Assembly (NCBI GenBank): GCA_011109175.1
Contig: RDEW01000006.1
Coordinates: 1,047,184 to 1,111,183, forward strand
Reading direction: 5' to 3'
DNA from: Dicyema japonicum
Lineage: Eukaryota > Animalia > Dicyemida
Length of the DNA: 64,000 nt
Below, one piece after another: positions 63,171 to 64,000 of the stretch. The notes beneath the pieces were generated by a model. It saw only the letters and a program-made list of their open reading frames with translations, was not told where the DNA came from and did not search any database. Each line of letters opens with the position of its first letter. The stretch's first letter is position 1. Position numbers and translations under genes: made by a program.

Positions 63171-63349
63171 AAAAATGAAATAAAACAACAAGTTATGGAA
63201 TAGGTAACTACCAGTCCGCCGGTTGGCCTGGACTGTTCCTCCGGGTACCCCTTATCCTTGATATCCATCCAATTACTAATTTATCTCCAGAATGTTGTAG
63301 GTACAAAGCCAGTACGCTTATCTCCAGTTAGTTCTCCCTTTGTAGGTCC

Positions 63350-63605
63350 TTTCCCCAGTATGTTATTCCACGGTGGTCCCAAACCGTCCTGCAGGGACCG
63401 ATGATGTGGTTAACAAAGTCCCATGTAGATCCCAATTCGAATTTAGGGAACAATTAGTGTGGGTACCCCCTGTAAGTCCCAACTCCAGTATTACATCCAC
63501 AGTAGTCCCAAGTTCTGTAGGGATCAATGGCCTGGATAACAAAGTCCCGTGTAGACCCGGATACGAATGTAGAGATCAACTGGTGTGGGTACAAGGTCCA
63601 ACTTG
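63350..63605 (+). repeat. Two diverged tandem units of about 120 bp within ORF 63373-63696
   Basis: NKVPCRSQFEFREQLVWVPP versus NKVPCRPGYECRDQLVWVQGP. Confidence 0.7.
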
Positions 63606-64000
63606 GAAAATATCCGGAGATTTTGACCATTTGGCTGCTGCGTCCCCCAAAAGGTTCCTTCGTTTTTGTAGAATATCTCCATTCGGCCTGCAGTAAGTTT
63701 TCTCAACCTTGTAATATCTTCCTTCGTCTTGTAGCACCAGTGGCACCTGGCAATCTCCTTGAAAATCACCATTTGGTCGGTTAGTACAATTAAAAACAAT
63801 TCAGGACATTATAAACCAATTAATATTGATTGAATTACAGGTGACAGATTGATTGACGGGTGACAAGCACCCACTATGGGATTGGTACCATTAATCACGT
63901 TGTTCTGATGCCTAATAAAGTTACCATATAAAATACTGAAGAGTACAACATTATAAACTGGATCCTGGAGGGACAAGACCTGAATGTATCAGCAGCTCGG

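Noticed and set aside
1-64000. CRISPR arrays, rRNA, snRNA, telomeric arrays, reassigned stop codons
   Set aside because: None seen. Host genes end in TAA, TAG or TGA, and internal stops fall in micro-introns or follow the frameshifts noted above.

Overview
This is AT-rich eukaryotic (animal) nuclear DNA. Tight islands of host genes alternate with decayed transposable elements. Host genes: DNAJB11, COPB1, cytochrome c, an Ig/FN3 adhesion protein, TTC26/IFT56, La/SSB, EI24, a C2H2 zinc-finger factor, APH-1, ETFDH, WASHC3 and LEO1. Nearly all introns I could place are GT-AG and only 21-33 nt long, and some co-oriented genes are 31-116 nt apart. Micro-introns, animal-type Ig/FN3 and gamma-secretase genes, and a ciliary IFT gene best fit a streamlined ciliated parasite such as a dicyemid; this is inference and is not confirmed. 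Mobile content is mostly non-LTR retrotransposons (RTE, CRE-like, R4/Dong-like, Ingi/I-like APE LINEs), plus pogo and hAT remnants and a possible Penelope remnant. Three cathepsin L pseudogene copies are also present. The most striking observation is three separate APE-LINE copies, each with a virus-like 2A (StopGo) motif directly before the endonuclease: LLLSCGDVEENPGP at 37730-37771, MSLCGDVESNPGP at 16614-16652, and LLLSGDA*PNPGP at 15050-15088. One has a candidate HDV-like ribozyme fold upstream. Several conserved genes carry single frameshifts that look like assembly errors. All assignments come from manual translation and recalled family motifs; no searches were run, and most TE boundaries are approximate.
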